Assembly (NCBI GenBank): GCA_951406725.2
Contig: OX597814.1
Coordinates: 112,778,001 to 112,842,000, forward strand
Source of the DNA: Octopus vulgaris
Taxonomy: Eukaryota
DNA: 64,000 bases
Direction of reading: 5' to 3'
The first letter of the stretch is position 1. Each line of letters begins with the position of its first letter. Made by a program: the position numbers and the translations under genes. This document shows positions 40,998-55,094 of this stretch, piece after piece. The notes below the pieces were generated by a model that saw only the letters and a list, made by a program, of their open reading frames with translations, was not told the origin of the DNA and did no database searches.

Positions 40998-40998
<1 letters not shown>
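40321..40998 (+). mobile_element. Young fold-back Penelope-like element
   Basis: Apparently perfect 107-bp inverted arms (40321-40427 and 40772-40878), tail 40879-40998, (TA)n flanks. Confidence 0.85.
40761..40848 (+). ncRNA. Type I hammerhead ribozyme, intact core
   Basis: UUUCGG-CUGAGGA-GUACGAG...CUCGUAC-GAAA-CGAUC-GUA-CCGAGA; 7-bp stem II, palindromic helix III ACGAUCGU, predicted cleavage after 40842. Confidence 0.85.
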
Positions 40999-41032
<34 letters not shown>

Positions 41033-41095
41033 TATGTGTGTGTGTGTGTGTGAGTGCATGTATATCTATATATGTATGTGTGTGCATATCCGTAG

Positions 41096-41135
<40 letters not shown>

Positions 41136-41244
41136 AGAGTGTGGGGAGTGTGGGATTTTTAATTTTATTCTGTCACATTTTATTCTCTCTCTTTCTCGGT
41201 CTATCCCGCCCTCTCTCTCATCCTCTCTCTCATCCTCTCTCTCT

Positions 41245-41295
<51 letters not shown>

Positions 41296-42353
41296 ATCCC
41301 TCTTTCGGTTCTCGCACTATTCTTTTTGTTCTTCATTTCACTCTACTTTCACTTTCCTACATTCCTTACCCTTCCTCATTTCACTCCTGTCCCACCGCAA
41401 AAAGTCAACTCTCATCCGATCACTCACTCACTCATTCGTTTGAGTTCCCTTATCCTTTTTTTATCCTCCCCCCCTCCTCCTTCTCCTCTTCCACCACCTC
41501 TTTCTAATTCCCTTTTTACACTGTCTTTTCACGGCCCTTAATTAATTCCCAGATTTAACATTTTGTTCAATAAGGTCTAACCTTAAATACTACCACCCAC
41601 CACCACACCACCACCACTACCACCCACTCTTCCACCATCACCAGTACCACCACCACCGCCGCTGTCACGACTAACAGCATTACCACCATCACCACCGCCA
41701 ACTCCACCACCATCCCCTCTACAACTGCACCACCACCACTTCTACAACTACCACTTCCACAACCACCAACTCCACAACCACCACGTCTACCACCACCACC
41801 TACGACCACTATCGCCACCCCAGGGCCACCACGCCCACCCTACCAACAACGCCACTCTCCTCACCACAGGGCCATCTCCTCCACACCATCTGACCCGAGT
41901 CCCTTCCTCGCTGCCATCACATTCGAACCCCCCACCTCTGCATCCGCCTCAAACTATCATGATATATCACTTCTTCACACCTCACTCTCTCTCTCTCTCT
42001 CTCTTCCGCTCTCTCACTATCTCTCCCACCTTCTGTTTTCTCCTTTTCTATATATATATATATATATCTCCCTCTCTCTCTCTTTCTCTCCCCTCACTCT
42101 CTCTTTCTCTTTCTCTCTCTCTCCATTTCTCTCTCTCTCTCTCTCTCTCACTTCCTCTCCTTCTCTTTCCAAAATCTCATATTTTCTTTTGGCGTTATTT
42201 CTTTCTTCCATCACACCTCAAACCCTACAAAATTAAACCCTGCAAAAATAAACATGTATGTATAGATAGATGCAAACAGACTCCTGCATGATTATGTACA
42301 CAGGTTCATAGACATATACACGCATGCGCAGATGTACATACATATATATACAC

Positions 42354-43220
42354 AGGCGCAAGAGTGGCTGTGTGGCAAGAAGCTTGCTTCCCAACCACAT
42401 CGTTCCGGGTTCAGTACCACTGCGTGACACCTTCGGCAAGTGTCTTCTAGTATAGCCTTGGGCTGACCAAAAGCTTGTGAGTGAATTTCGTAGACGGAAA
42501 CTGAAAGAAGCCTGTCGTATATATATATAATGGATATTCCATCTTCTGTCTTTCATTTGTTATATATATGTATATATATCCGGTCTCCGGTCAGCCATGA
42601 CCTTTCTTTTTTGGCCTGACTGCCGAGCGCCAACACCTCTTATTTCTATCTCCTATGTTCCTGCCTTAAAGCTTTTACTTTATACACGCCAGCTCAATTT
42701 TATTCGTCCTCTGTCGAAAGACACTTGTGGTTATATTTTTGTTGTTTGTATTTGTAATTGTACTTGTAATTGTGTATTCTCCGCTTTTTATCTTTGTTGC
42801 GTGACAGATTTGCTAGGTTTCTTACAAAAAGATCTAATGCTCTTAGCTTAGACGTTTTTGAGGGCAACCAGATCGAACAGTCAAGTGTAACTGCCCGAAA
42901 CTGTAAGGGCATCTGGTAACTTGACTGACGAAAGAAGGCAACGAATGACTCGTCCTTTTTTCATGTATATTTTTGAGTGTGTGTGTGCGTGCGTGTGTGT
43001 GTGTGTGTCTATGTGTCTGTGTTTGTCCCCTTCTATCGCTTGACAACCGATGTTGGTGTGTTTACGACCCCGTAACTTAGCGGTTCGGTAAAAAAAACCA
43101 ATAAAATAAGTGCTAGGCTTACAAAACAATAAGTCCCAGGGTCTATTTGTTCGACTAAAGGCGGTGCTCTAGCATGGCCGCAGTCAAAATGACTGAAACA
43201 AGCAAAAGAATAAAAGAATA
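42354..43220 (+). mobile_element. Bipartite SINE family B with nested insert
   Basis: Head 42354-42520 and tail 43015-43220; insert 42530-42975 has a degenerate hammerhead GA-GGGCA..UGCCC-GAAA-CU-GUA (42851-42910). Confidence 0.8.
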
Positions 43221-43605
43221 AAAGATGATAATAAATACACAATAATTGAACACATACAATACACGCATAGAAACACACCTCTGTACACACTACATAAATA
43301 CACAAATATTTCCGCGCACACACGCAAAACCTACACAGACATAAACACATATACATACTTATCTAAACATATCTATATAGGTATTAATGAAAATATACAT
43401 ATAATCATATTTTAAGTCCTGTTTTTTATTCTGTTTAGGTGAAACAGAATGCTCGAAATGAGGAGCAGATAGACAGCCGACAACTGATGAAGGGTCGTTC
43501 TTTATGTTACTTGTCCTGTTTTCCATTTGTTTCTCTCCTTGTTTGCGTATTCAACTCATTTGTTTTCGTATTTCATGTTGTTTACTGTTTGTGACGTCCT
43601 GTACC

Positions 43606-43670
<65 letters not shown>

Positions 43671-43672
43671 GG

Positions 43673-43723
43673 AGCTTCTACAGGACTAGAACTGTTTCAT
43701 TCAAAAGAAATCATCAGGAAGCT
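43673..43723 (-). ncRNA. Type I hammerhead ribozyme, intact core
   Basis: AGCUUC-CUGAUGA-UUUC-UUUU-GAAU-GAAA-CAG-UUCUAGUC-CU-GUA-GAAGCU; 6-bp stem I, closed helix III, U-U pair at the base of stem II. Confidence 0.85.
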
Positions 43724-43922
43724 AGTTGACAAGAGTTGTTTTGGCATTTATACATTTAGGCAGGTTTAAAGGGGTGGTGGTGGGGTACTTTTTAGGGGTA
43801 GGCATGGCACAAAACTATCATTATTAGGGGAGTGGTCAAAGGAGTCGGTGGTAAAGTAGATAAAAGAATAAATAAAAGAATAAAAGAATAAATAGAAAAA
43901 TAGAGTTTTAGGTAAATAAGGA

Positions 43923-44292
43923 GACCGTCACGTTATATTCCGTTAGTGTACTGGTTTTGTTTTGCGCCAAAAACACAGCACACGGTGCAGAAATATTTAT
44001 AGGCAAAGCATTCAAACGCTAAGGTTTGAAATAAGATGCTTTTCTACATCCTTACGTTTCGTGTTGATTTGTCATTTATAGCTAAATAATGCTTTTTGCC
44101 TGCGAACCACCTCTGTTACTACTGTTGATATCATCAATTTTAAATTTTATCCACAGATGATATTAACAATAGTGACATCTTATTTCAAACCTTAGGATAC
44201 GAATATTTTGCTTATAAATATTTCTGCACCGTATGCTGTGTTTTTTGGTGTAAAACAAAACCTGTACACTAACAGAATATAATGTGACGGTC
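43923..44292. repeat. Diverged ~115-bp inverted repeat pair
   Basis: Arms at 43923-44038 and 44177-44292, followed by a degenerate + strand hammerhead at 44311-44368 (UUGAAGA-GGCU..AGUC-GAAA). Confidence 0.75.
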
Positions 44293-44641
44293 TTGAATTT
44301 TTATAGGTGGTCTACATTGAAGAGGCTCAACGACGGATTTTCCAAAAGTCGAAACTCGGCTATGCAGATGTCCTAAACGGCATAATCTTTCATAGTTGTG
44401 CTTTTGAATGTATTAATTCTTTCCGTTTCTTCGCCTACTGTTATTTCTCTGTTATCCTGGTGCTGTGTGGTTGTTTAATTAATACTTTGGCTCTTATTTC
44501 TAGCAGGCTGAATCTTTTCTGTATCCTTACGCTTCGTGCTGATTTATATATGCGTGAATCAAAACAGTTTGATCCATACATGTAACTCCCAATAAATGTG
44601 TTGAGTGCCCTTCTTTCGTTTGATCATTTACTCGTATATAC

Positions 44642-44677
<36 letters not shown>

Positions 44678-44689
44678 ATGTATGCATGC

Positions 44690-44749
<60 letters not shown>

Positions 44750-44754
<5 letters not shown>

Positions 44755-45090
44755 CCAAGTGTCTTCTACTATAGCCTCGGGCCATCCAAGTCCTTATGAG
44801 GGAATTTAGTTGATGGCAACTGAGAGAACCCCGTCGTATATATATATATGTATATATATATATGTGTGTGTGTTGTGTGTAAGTCTTTGTGCCTGTCTTT
44901 GTCCACCATCGCTTGACAACCGATGTTGGTGTGTTTATGTCCCCGTAACTTAACGGTTCGGCAAAAGAGAACTAATAGAATAAGTACTAAGCTTACAAAG
45001 AATAATTCCTGAGGTGGATTTCTTCGACTAAAAGACCCTTTAAGGCGGTGCTCCAGCATGGTCGCAGTCAAATGACTGAAACAAGCAAAA
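44750..45090 (+). mobile_element. Bipartite SINE family B, 5'-truncated
   Basis: Head remnant, short (TA)/(TG) spacer, tail. Confidence 0.8.
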
Positions 45091-45124
45091 TAGATCGATG
45101 CCGGGGCCGCCGGACTCCTCTGCC

Positions 45125-45220
<96 letters not shown>

Positions 45221-45669
45221 CATGGATGGATGGATGGATGGATGGATAGACAGACAGACAGACAAACGAATAAACAGACAGACGAATAGATATTGATAGA
45301 GAGACAGACAGACAGATAAACGGGCAGAAAGGCAGACAGACAAACATATAGACAGACAGACAGATCGTGATAAATACATTGTAATGTTTATTTGAACGTA
45401 TTTTATATAATGTAGATACATCTTATATAAGCCGCATTACATTAGACAGAGTGGATAGAGTGGTTAGGTTGAGGACTACTGTTAGTTTAAAATCAACTAC
45501 ATACTTCACATTAAATGACCATAAAGACACACACAGTGGATATTCAGTATAAAACCACCCAGATACTCACACTTTCTTCCGTGTAAGGTCTTTACATTTC
45601 TTAGTACCCCACACAGACACGTAGTACATACACCCAGGCACCTGTATACATATGCATACACCTTTTATC

Positions 45670-45960
45670 TTTTACATGTTTCAATCATTAGACTACGGCC
45701 ATGCTGGGCATCGCCTTCGGGAATATTAGTCAAACAAATCATCACCTGTACTTCTTTAAGTCTGGTACATCTACGTATGTATGTATATTATATATATATA
45801 TTTACATATATCAACATACATATATATATATATATGTGTGTGTGTCTGTGTGTGTGTGTGTGTGTATAGAGAGAGAGAGAGATCGGTATAAATATATATA
45901 TGTATACATATATATGTATACATATATATGTATACATATATATATATATATGTACATATG

Positions 45961-45998
<38 letters not shown>

Positions 45999-46083
45999 AT
46001 ATATATGTATGTGTGTATATATATACATATATACACATATATTTGCACATATATATATGTACATATATATTTATATATATTTA

Positions 46084-46149
<66 letters not shown>

Positions 46150-46295
46150 CGAAGGGATTCTTTGAGATTCCATCTTCCACTCACAAGGCTCTGGTCAGCT
46201 TAAAGCTATTGATGAAGACACGCCCAAGATCCCACAAAGTGGGAATGAACCCGGGACTATATGGTTGAGAAGCAAATTTCTTACTACACAGCCAC
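45670..46295 (-). mobile_element. Bipartite SINE family B, diverged, with expanded microsatellite
   Basis: Head 46150-46295 and tail remnant 45670-45770. Confidence 0.65.
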
Positions 46296-46464
46296 CCATA
46301 AACCCACATATACAAGCTCACGCTCACTCACACACACACACACACACACATACATTCACAAAGAAACAAATTAAATATACAATAAAACCACCAAATATAT
46401 GCTGTGTCGTATGGATTCTAATTCAAATTTGGATTCATTGAATTATAATGCATAATCACATATA

Positions 46465-47359
46465 TTGGGTCATCCCATAAATAATGCGGTTTTTTAATAC
46501 TTTAATTTTTCAAAATTAAGATAAGCAAAGTTCTTTTTTGATCTAAAATATACTCGCCTTCGTTTTCTACAATGCCCTTCCATCTAGCTGGTAGACTTGC
46601 AAGACCCCCCTTCCAAAATTCACTTGTTCATAACAGAATACTCCTCCAGTATTGTTCTGACCTCGTCTACAGAATTCAATTTTTTCCGTTCAAATGATTT
46701 TGAAGGCTGCAGAATAAATGATAATCAGATGGGGCAATGTCCGGCGAATATGGTGGGTGGGGCATCGTTTCCTATTCAAACTGCTCTGGCCATTGGAATG
46801 TCATCATCGCTGTATGTAGCCGAGCATTATCCTGATGGAAGAACACCTTTCGTTTTGAAACCAAAGTTGGTCGTTTTCCTTCTAGCGCTGACTTCAATGT
46901 CTGGTTGAATGACCAAATACAAGCTTCTCTGCTGGTTCCTCAACAGTTACGATGGGATTTTGTTCCACCAGGGTTTGTAGCTCTACAGATCGCCTAGGAC
47001 AAGTCTCGTCTTCTAGGCTGTAGTTTCCGGCTTGGAATTTCTGGAACCACCCTTGACACTGGATTACGCTTATTGTCTGATCCCCATATACTGCATTAAT
47101 ATTTCTCGCACTTACCATTGTTCCCTTTATTGAACTCACAAAGCAAACTATGCCAAATGTGTTGTTTTGTCACTTCCATTATAGCTTTGAAAAAAACTTA
47201 AAATCGAACTACATTCTTCAAAATTTGTACTAAGAATAAGGACAAAGTAAAATTACTACCGGCTTTTATAGCAAGTTGATGCAGGTACTTTATCCCATCC
47301 CCTACCGACTTTTATTTCATGCAATTGAAAAAAGCCGCATTATTTATGGGCTGACCCAA
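46465..47359 (-). mobile_element. Mariner transposon, internally deleted, both TIRs present
   Basis: TIRs TTGGGTCATCCCATAAATAATGCGG and CCGCATTATTTATGGGCTGACCCAA with TA duplications; HTH remnant (WFQKFQAGNYSLED), FHQDNAR, PHPPYSPDIAPSDYHLF. Confidence 0.92.
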
Positions 47360-47464
47360 TACATAAGCATATACACGTACACACACGTATATACGCAGAG
47401 AAAAACAGATGGGCGCGCGCGCGCATTTCTATATTCTATTCACTTACTAAGTTTTACAAACTTC

Positions 47465-47780
47465 ATCATCATCATCATAATTTAAAGTCCCCTTTCCATG
47501 CTGGCATGGGCGGGACAGTTTCACAAGAGCCGACCAGGTAGAAGCCTGACCAGATTTCTGTGACTGTTTTGGCAGGATTTTTACAGCTGGATGCCCTTCC
47601 AAACACCAACCACTCAGCAGAGTGGACTTAGAGCTTTTTACGTTGCACAAGAACAGGTGAGGTCAGTGTTGGCAAGGTTTCTACTGCTGGATGCCCTTCC
47701 GAACGCCAACCACTTTACAGTGTGGATTGGGTGTTTTTAAGTGGCACCTGCACTGACAGAGTCACCAAGTACTTGCAAGA
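47465..47780. mobile_element. Repeat family D copy
   Basis: (CAT)n start and two CTGGATGCCCTTCC motifs. Confidence 0.7.
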
Positions 47781-48221
47781 CAAAGAGAAAAACTATTTTG
47801 AAAAGGGAGGGAACACTGGATGAGGCATTTCATCTGTGCATTAAACCTGGCGTTTATTAAGCTTCTTCATGCGTACGACTCATCAGGCGAACAGAAGAAT
47901 GCTTTATAAAACATAGAATGGCTGTTATTTTATCAAACACAACGTGGCGGTGTGGTAAGAAGTTTACTTACGGATAACGTGCATCAGGGTTCAATCCCAC
48001 TGCGTAGCACCTTAGGCAAGTATCATATACAATAGCCTGGGCAGACGAAAGCTCGCAGTGGGCCCGAACCCGGAACCATATGGTTGAGAAGCAAGGTTCT
48101 TTCTACACAACCACGCCCGCGCATATATACAAATATATATTTATATATACCTACATATTGGTGTCTTGTTGTACCACTCATCTGTTTTTATATGTTTTAT
48201 ATGTATACCTACATATATGTA

Positions 48222-48290
<69 letters not shown>

Positions 48291-48716
48291 ATATAGGTAT
48301 ATATACATATATATATGAGTGCGCATAGTGTATGGTGTTTGTGTGTGTGCATGCATATATACATATGCATAATATTAAGATATGCACACAGACCCTGGAA
48401 AGCAGGAATTTTAAAAAACACACACACACACATATTTGTTTAGATGCACACATTATACAAAAGATATATATGTCTACATTCAATTAAAATTTTAATCGAT
48501 TTTGTCTATTACATTTCAAAAGTATATCTGGTCCCTCCAACTTTACATCGCAGTAAGGTGCGAACACACGCACAAGTGCTTGCACACATGCAGATACGCT
48601 CACAAACAACTCTTACCCAGGGATGCACACGTGTTCACATACACACATTCTTACATACACATACATACATACATACATACATACATACATACACACATAC
48701 ACACATACATACATAC

Positions 48717-48747
<31 letters not shown>

Positions 48748-49033
48748 CATACACACACACACATATATGTATTATAATTCTCACAGGTATGTACATATAT
48801 TCCTACTGAAACGGTATGTGCTTGTTTTCAGAATAATAAACCCCCACTGAAATAGTAAACACTCGACTGAGTCTGATTTCCTTCCAATCATCCTCAGTAG
48901 CACTTCCCTGCGCTCTTTCCAGTATGTATATATATATATGCTTATATACTTATATATATATATATGAATATATGCATGCATATATATATGTTTAAATATA
49001 TGTACATATATATGTGTGTGCATGTGTGTATGC

Positions 49034-49084
<51 letters not shown>

Positions 49085-49099
49085 TATATACAAACCTGA

Positions 49100-49142
<43 letters not shown>

Positions 49143-50097
49143 CAATATAAAGAGTTGCTTACATTCATTCATGCTTCCATGTATCCGTGTATTTATAGGC
49201 GTTTGTGTATCTTTGTGTGTGTTTTGTGAGTCTGTGTCTGTGTGATATATGCATGTGTGCTTTTTATGTATAGGTGTGCATAGATATATCCCAATACACA
49301 AACGTACACGCACACGTGTACGCACATATATACATATATAAACACACACACACACATATATATATATATACATACATACATATATATATATACACACATA
49401 TATATATCTGTATTTATATATATATATACGTATATATATATATATGTATATACATATATATATATATGTATATACATATATATGTATATATGTATATGTA
49501 TATACATATGTATATACATATATATATATGTATATACATATATATGTTTATATATATGTATATATATATATATATGTATATGTATATATGCATATGTATA
49601 TATATATGTATATATATAAGAATATATATGTATATATATATGCATATATATGCTTATAAATATATGTATATATATATATATACATATGTATATATATGTG
49701 TATATATATATACATATATATACATATATACCTATATATATATATATGTATATATATATATGTGTGTATATATATATTTATATATATATATATGTGTGTG
49801 TATATATATATATATATGTGTGTATATATATATATATACGGATTGATGGATGGACATATATAAAAAGGTATGAAGACTGACACTCGTAAGTATGCATATA
49901 TGCATGTCTGAATGTACGTTTGTATGTACCTGTATATACATTTTATGTACATGCAAATATATATTAAAGGATATAGAGATGCATATTTATAGCTATAGAC
50001 ACATCCACATGCATTTATATATACATATATGCTTGCATATACATGCATATAACGTATATGGAGGTATGTATGGAGGTAGATATATACAGATCGTTGG

Positions 50098-50161
<64 letters not shown>

Positions 50162-50344
50162 ACACGTAGATATTTATATATATATATATATATATATAGT
50201 AAGTATATATGCATATAAATATATGTGTGCGATTATATGTATGTATGTATATATATATATATGAGGTTAGTAGAGTTAGAGGTTGCAATAACCGTCTAAG
50301 GGATAAAAGTATTGTTGATCAATATTTCTCCATTTTCTGTTTAC

Positions 50345-50402
<58 letters not shown>

Positions 50403-51018
50403 TATATAATTGCGTATGCATTCCACCTTGTCCTATATAAACCATTTCAATCAATCGATAGACGTAAAGGTTTGTTGTATTGTTTTTCTACAAACTTTGT
50501 CTATAAACCTATTTCTCCTTGAGTCCCTTACTTTTGAGACCCAGTTATTAAAACTAATATTAACAGTGTCCCTTAAGGATCACCGTTTACTTTTCTTTAC
50601 TTATTTTCTTTCTTTTATCCACTTATATATTCATTTTTTGTTTGTTTTGTATTTATCACCTCTGTATGTTTTGATCATTTGTAGAATATTGTGCAAGTGT
50701 ATATAAATATATAAATAAGTGTGTGTGTGTGTATGTGTGTTTGTGTGTATAAGGAGAGAGAGGGAGTGTACATATTCATATACGTATATATGTGCGTATT
50801 TTTACATACATATGTATATGCGACTAGTCATATATACGTATGTATGTGTGTGCGCGCGCGTGTCTATGTGTGTGTTTGTATGATGTGCTTATATGTCTAT
50901 TTAAATGCATATGAAAATATATACATAAATCTCCTTCCCTACATCCCTCTTTTCTCCCTCTCTCTCTCTCCCTCTGTATATATATCCTTATGTGTTTGTG
51001 TGTGTGTGTGTGCATGTG

Positions 51019-51105
<87 letters not shown>

Positions 51106-51113
51106 GTATATAC

Positions 51114-51145
<32 letters not shown>

Positions 51146-51263
51146 GTCTGTGTGTGTGCATGTGTATATATACATGCATATATATATATATGCAGACTTA
51201 TTTTTATATATACTTACAGATACATACACATATGTGCGTGCATATGCAAGCGTGTGTATGTGA

Positions 51264-51294
<31 letters not shown>

Positions 51295-51362
51295 TGCATA
51301 TATATGTATTTGGCTATGTATGTGTGTGTGTGCGTGTGTGTGTGTGTGTGTGTCTGTCTGTC

Positions 51363-51427
<65 letters not shown>

Positions 51428-51930
51428 GAGCCGATGTTTATTCTTCGCCCATCTCGTGTCTAATGGCTGCCTATTGAGTGAATGCGAATCAAAAGAGAAA
51501 TTAAATTTGGAGAGATAAAGAATTCTTCGATGCCAACCATACTATCAAAATATGACACACATCAATAAAAATTATTTTCCCAGAGACTGCCACATATGGA
51601 AAGTGATTTTCAATAATCCTTTATTTCGTTCAGTTTTTGTTATTTTCATTTTTATTTCTTTGTTATTCTGAGGTTATTCTTGAGTTTTTTATTTGTTTGA
51701 TTTTTTTCGTTTTTCTTTATTTTTCTTCAGTTTAATTTATATCAGTCAGTCGTCAGGTTTTAAGTGGTTCATCTGTGTTTCTAGATTCCCGTGTGTATGT
51801 GTTTTGAATGAATACATGCATATACAGGTATATACACAGATGCTCACAGAGATGTATACACGTAAAAACGCATGAGAGCGTATATCCATAAAGAGAGTGA
51901 CACGGACACACATTCGTCATTACACGTGTG

Positions 51931-51964
<34 letters not shown>

Positions 51965-52065
51965 ATATACATGCTCATTTGTATTAATACATATCTCAAC
52001 ACACATGTGTATATCCATATGTATATATGTCTACACACATATATGCAGGTATATGTATTTATACA

Positions 52066-52118
<53 letters not shown>

Positions 52119-52222
52119 TATACATGTATACATGCATATATATATACATATATACATGCATATATATTTATACACACACATATATATATATAATCATATA
52201 TATACCTATATATATATATTTA

Positions 52223-52265
<43 letters not shown>

Positions 52266-52365
52266 ATATATACATATATACATATATACATATATATACA
52301 TGCATATATACTTATATATATATACATATATAAATATGCATATATATATATATATATACATATAT

Positions 52366-52416
<51 letters not shown>

Positions 52417-52462
52417 TACATATATATATATACATACACATATATAAGTATAAACATATATA

Positions 52463-52499
<37 letters not shown>

Positions 52500-52726
52500 T
52501 TATAAGTATATATATGTGTATATACTTTATATATATATATACACTCACACACACCACACACACATAATTTTAATGCACGAAATGAATTTTATTCGCATAC
52601 ATTTATACATATGCTTATTGTATGTTTTTTGCATATGCGTTTGCATATATATGTGTGTATGTGTATACGTATATACATTTATCCATTGAAGATAGATTTA
52701 AATATATATGAATATACATATATAAG

Positions 52727-52812
<86 letters not shown>

Positions 52813-53077
52813 TTTTTAGGTAGACATACAATACATACATGCATTTATACATGTACGCACATATATAGAATATATCTATATATATGATATATATATGAGT
52901 ACGTATGTATGTTTGTTTGTATGCATGAATGTATGTATATGTATATGTGTGTGTGCCTGCGTGTGTGTGTGTACATATGCATACATGCATATATGTCGGG
53001 TGAGTCCATTTGCGTTAAGTTTTACTTTTGTCATTATATATGACATAATGCCTGGATAAATAGAGAGAGTGAGAGAA

Positions 53078-53108
<31 letters not shown>

Positions 53109-53267
53109 AAGAAAGAGAAAGAAAGAAAGAAAGAAAGAGAGTGAGAAAGAAAGAGAGAGAGAGAAAGAGATGTTTGTATGCGTACGCGCGTATGTTTGTG
53201 TGTACTGTTGTTGATACATAAATCTACTATTGTGCTGTATTATTACTCATTATACATGCTTGTTTGC

Positions 53268-53322
<55 letters not shown>

Positions 53323-54400
53323 TGTGTGTGTGTGTAAATATATAGCATATAAAAAAGAAATGAAAGCGTTCGGAAATTTCAAGTAATAAATCTATTATTT
53401 ACTTCGTCTGATGGACAGTTTTATTGTAAAACCTTGAGAGATAAACTTTATTTATTCCAATTTATATTCCATAAATGTTGATTTTACACTCAATGGATTT
53501 CTTACAGTATCCAGCGTTTGCTGCCCATCAGGCAATCTGAGGTTCCAGTATACACGGATTCAAATTTACGTTTTATCCGATCGTGGTTGAGAAAAATTAT
53601 TGCTACTTAACCAGGACTTTTGGGTCCCACCTCCAGGATGCATTCTGAGCTGAGAAATGAACCTGAAATGACAACAGAGCACTTGGGGGTGCACATTAGA
53701 AGTTTGGGTAAGTACGTACTATCTCGAGTCCTGGGATTCATAGGGGCGATTACTCGGTTTCCATGTGTCAGCTTACTTGTGAGATCTCTCATCAGCGATA
53801 CTGGTAACATGGAATCCGGTATAATTTATTGCAAGGTCGGATCGTTGACAGCTAAACCGGCAACCACATGAAGCATGCATAGAGAGGATGGTTGCTAGAA
53901 ACCCAGCAAGACTAAAAACAAGCCCTACCAAAAGGACGGACGAACCTAGTGTAGGTTCAACGGCTATCTAGTAATAGTACGGGCCCGCAGAAATTCCAGG
54001 TTGATGTTGCTGGCGTGCTGGAAGACCACTGGGAGTGACGCTATCCTTAGACTTTGTTAAAGCATTTCTAGAATTCACTTCAAACCCAATCTATGTCTGC
54101 TGCGATAATCTACGGTGATTTGGTCAGTGAATCGATGGCAAAATGAGCTGCAACGGATAATCCCCCTGGACAGGACGCCAGTGCGTCACAGGGTAACTCT
54201 TTTACAGCTGAGTAGATTGGAGCGATGCAAAATGAAGTTTTACTCAAGAACACAAAGCAACCGCCCTCTCATGCAATCGTGAATGAAACAACCCTAAACA
54301 CTAGACCACGTGACTTGTGTTTTTGAGGGAGCAGGTTCGTGATATTTCTTAGAAATAAGATATTTAAACCACGTACAATATTAATATTTTAAACAGATTT

Positions 54401-54750
54401 AAGGCGGCGAGCTGGCAGAAACGTCAGCACGCTGGGCGAAATGCTTAGCGGCATTTCATCTGTCTTTACGTTCTGAGTTCAAATTCCGCCGAGGTCGATT
54501 TTGCCTTTCATCCTTTCGGGGTCGATAAATTAAGTAACAGTTGCGTACTGGGGTCGATCTAATTGACTAGCCTCATTCCCAAAAGTTTCGAGCCTTGTGT
54601 CTAGAGAAAAGTTCTAATTCCACCGAAGTTGATTTTGCCGTTTATCCTTTTGGGGTCGATAAAATAAGTACCAGTTGAGTACTGGGTTTAATGTAATCGA
54701 CTTACCCTCGCCCCCTGAAATTGCTGGCTTTGTGTCGAAATTTGGAATTA
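54401..54750 (+). mobile_element. SINE family A dimer
   Basis: Full head and body followed by a truncated second unit. Confidence 0.85.
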
Positions 54751-54924
54751 ATATGTTAAACAGATTTTTCAAAAGAATCTTTGTTAGAGTTATAATATGA
54801 ATTGAACATTGTGTTATCTGTTAGCAGAAACATAATTGATGATACAGTTCTATATTTAAGAGACGGGGAATTATGTCTATTATTTACATTTGACGGATAT
54901 TTGTCCTCATCTTGTTTGTTGTTA

Positions 54925-54968
54925 ACACAACGTTTCGGCTGATATACCCTCCAGCCTTCAGCAGGTGT
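54925..54968 (-). ncRNA. Minimal hammerhead motif with core substitution (CUGCUGA)
   Basis: ACAC-CUGCUGA-A-GGCUG...CAGCC-GAAA-C-GUU-GUGU. Confidence 0.6.
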
Positions 54969-55094
54969 CTTGGGGAAATTTCAAACCTGAGTTCTCATTC
55001 CTATGGTATTTTTCGATGTTGTTGTTGTTGTTGCTGTTGTTGTTGTTGTTGCTGCTGCTGCTGCTGCTGTTGTTGTTGTTGTTGTTGTTGTTGT

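Noticed and set aside
43452-43500. CTCGAAA...CTGATGAAGGG as a permuted hammerhead
   Set aside because: No convincing stems I and III.
53607-54060. Short ORFs in complex sequence
   Set aside because: No recognisable domain; more likely an old retroelement UTR, which cannot be confirmed without a database search.
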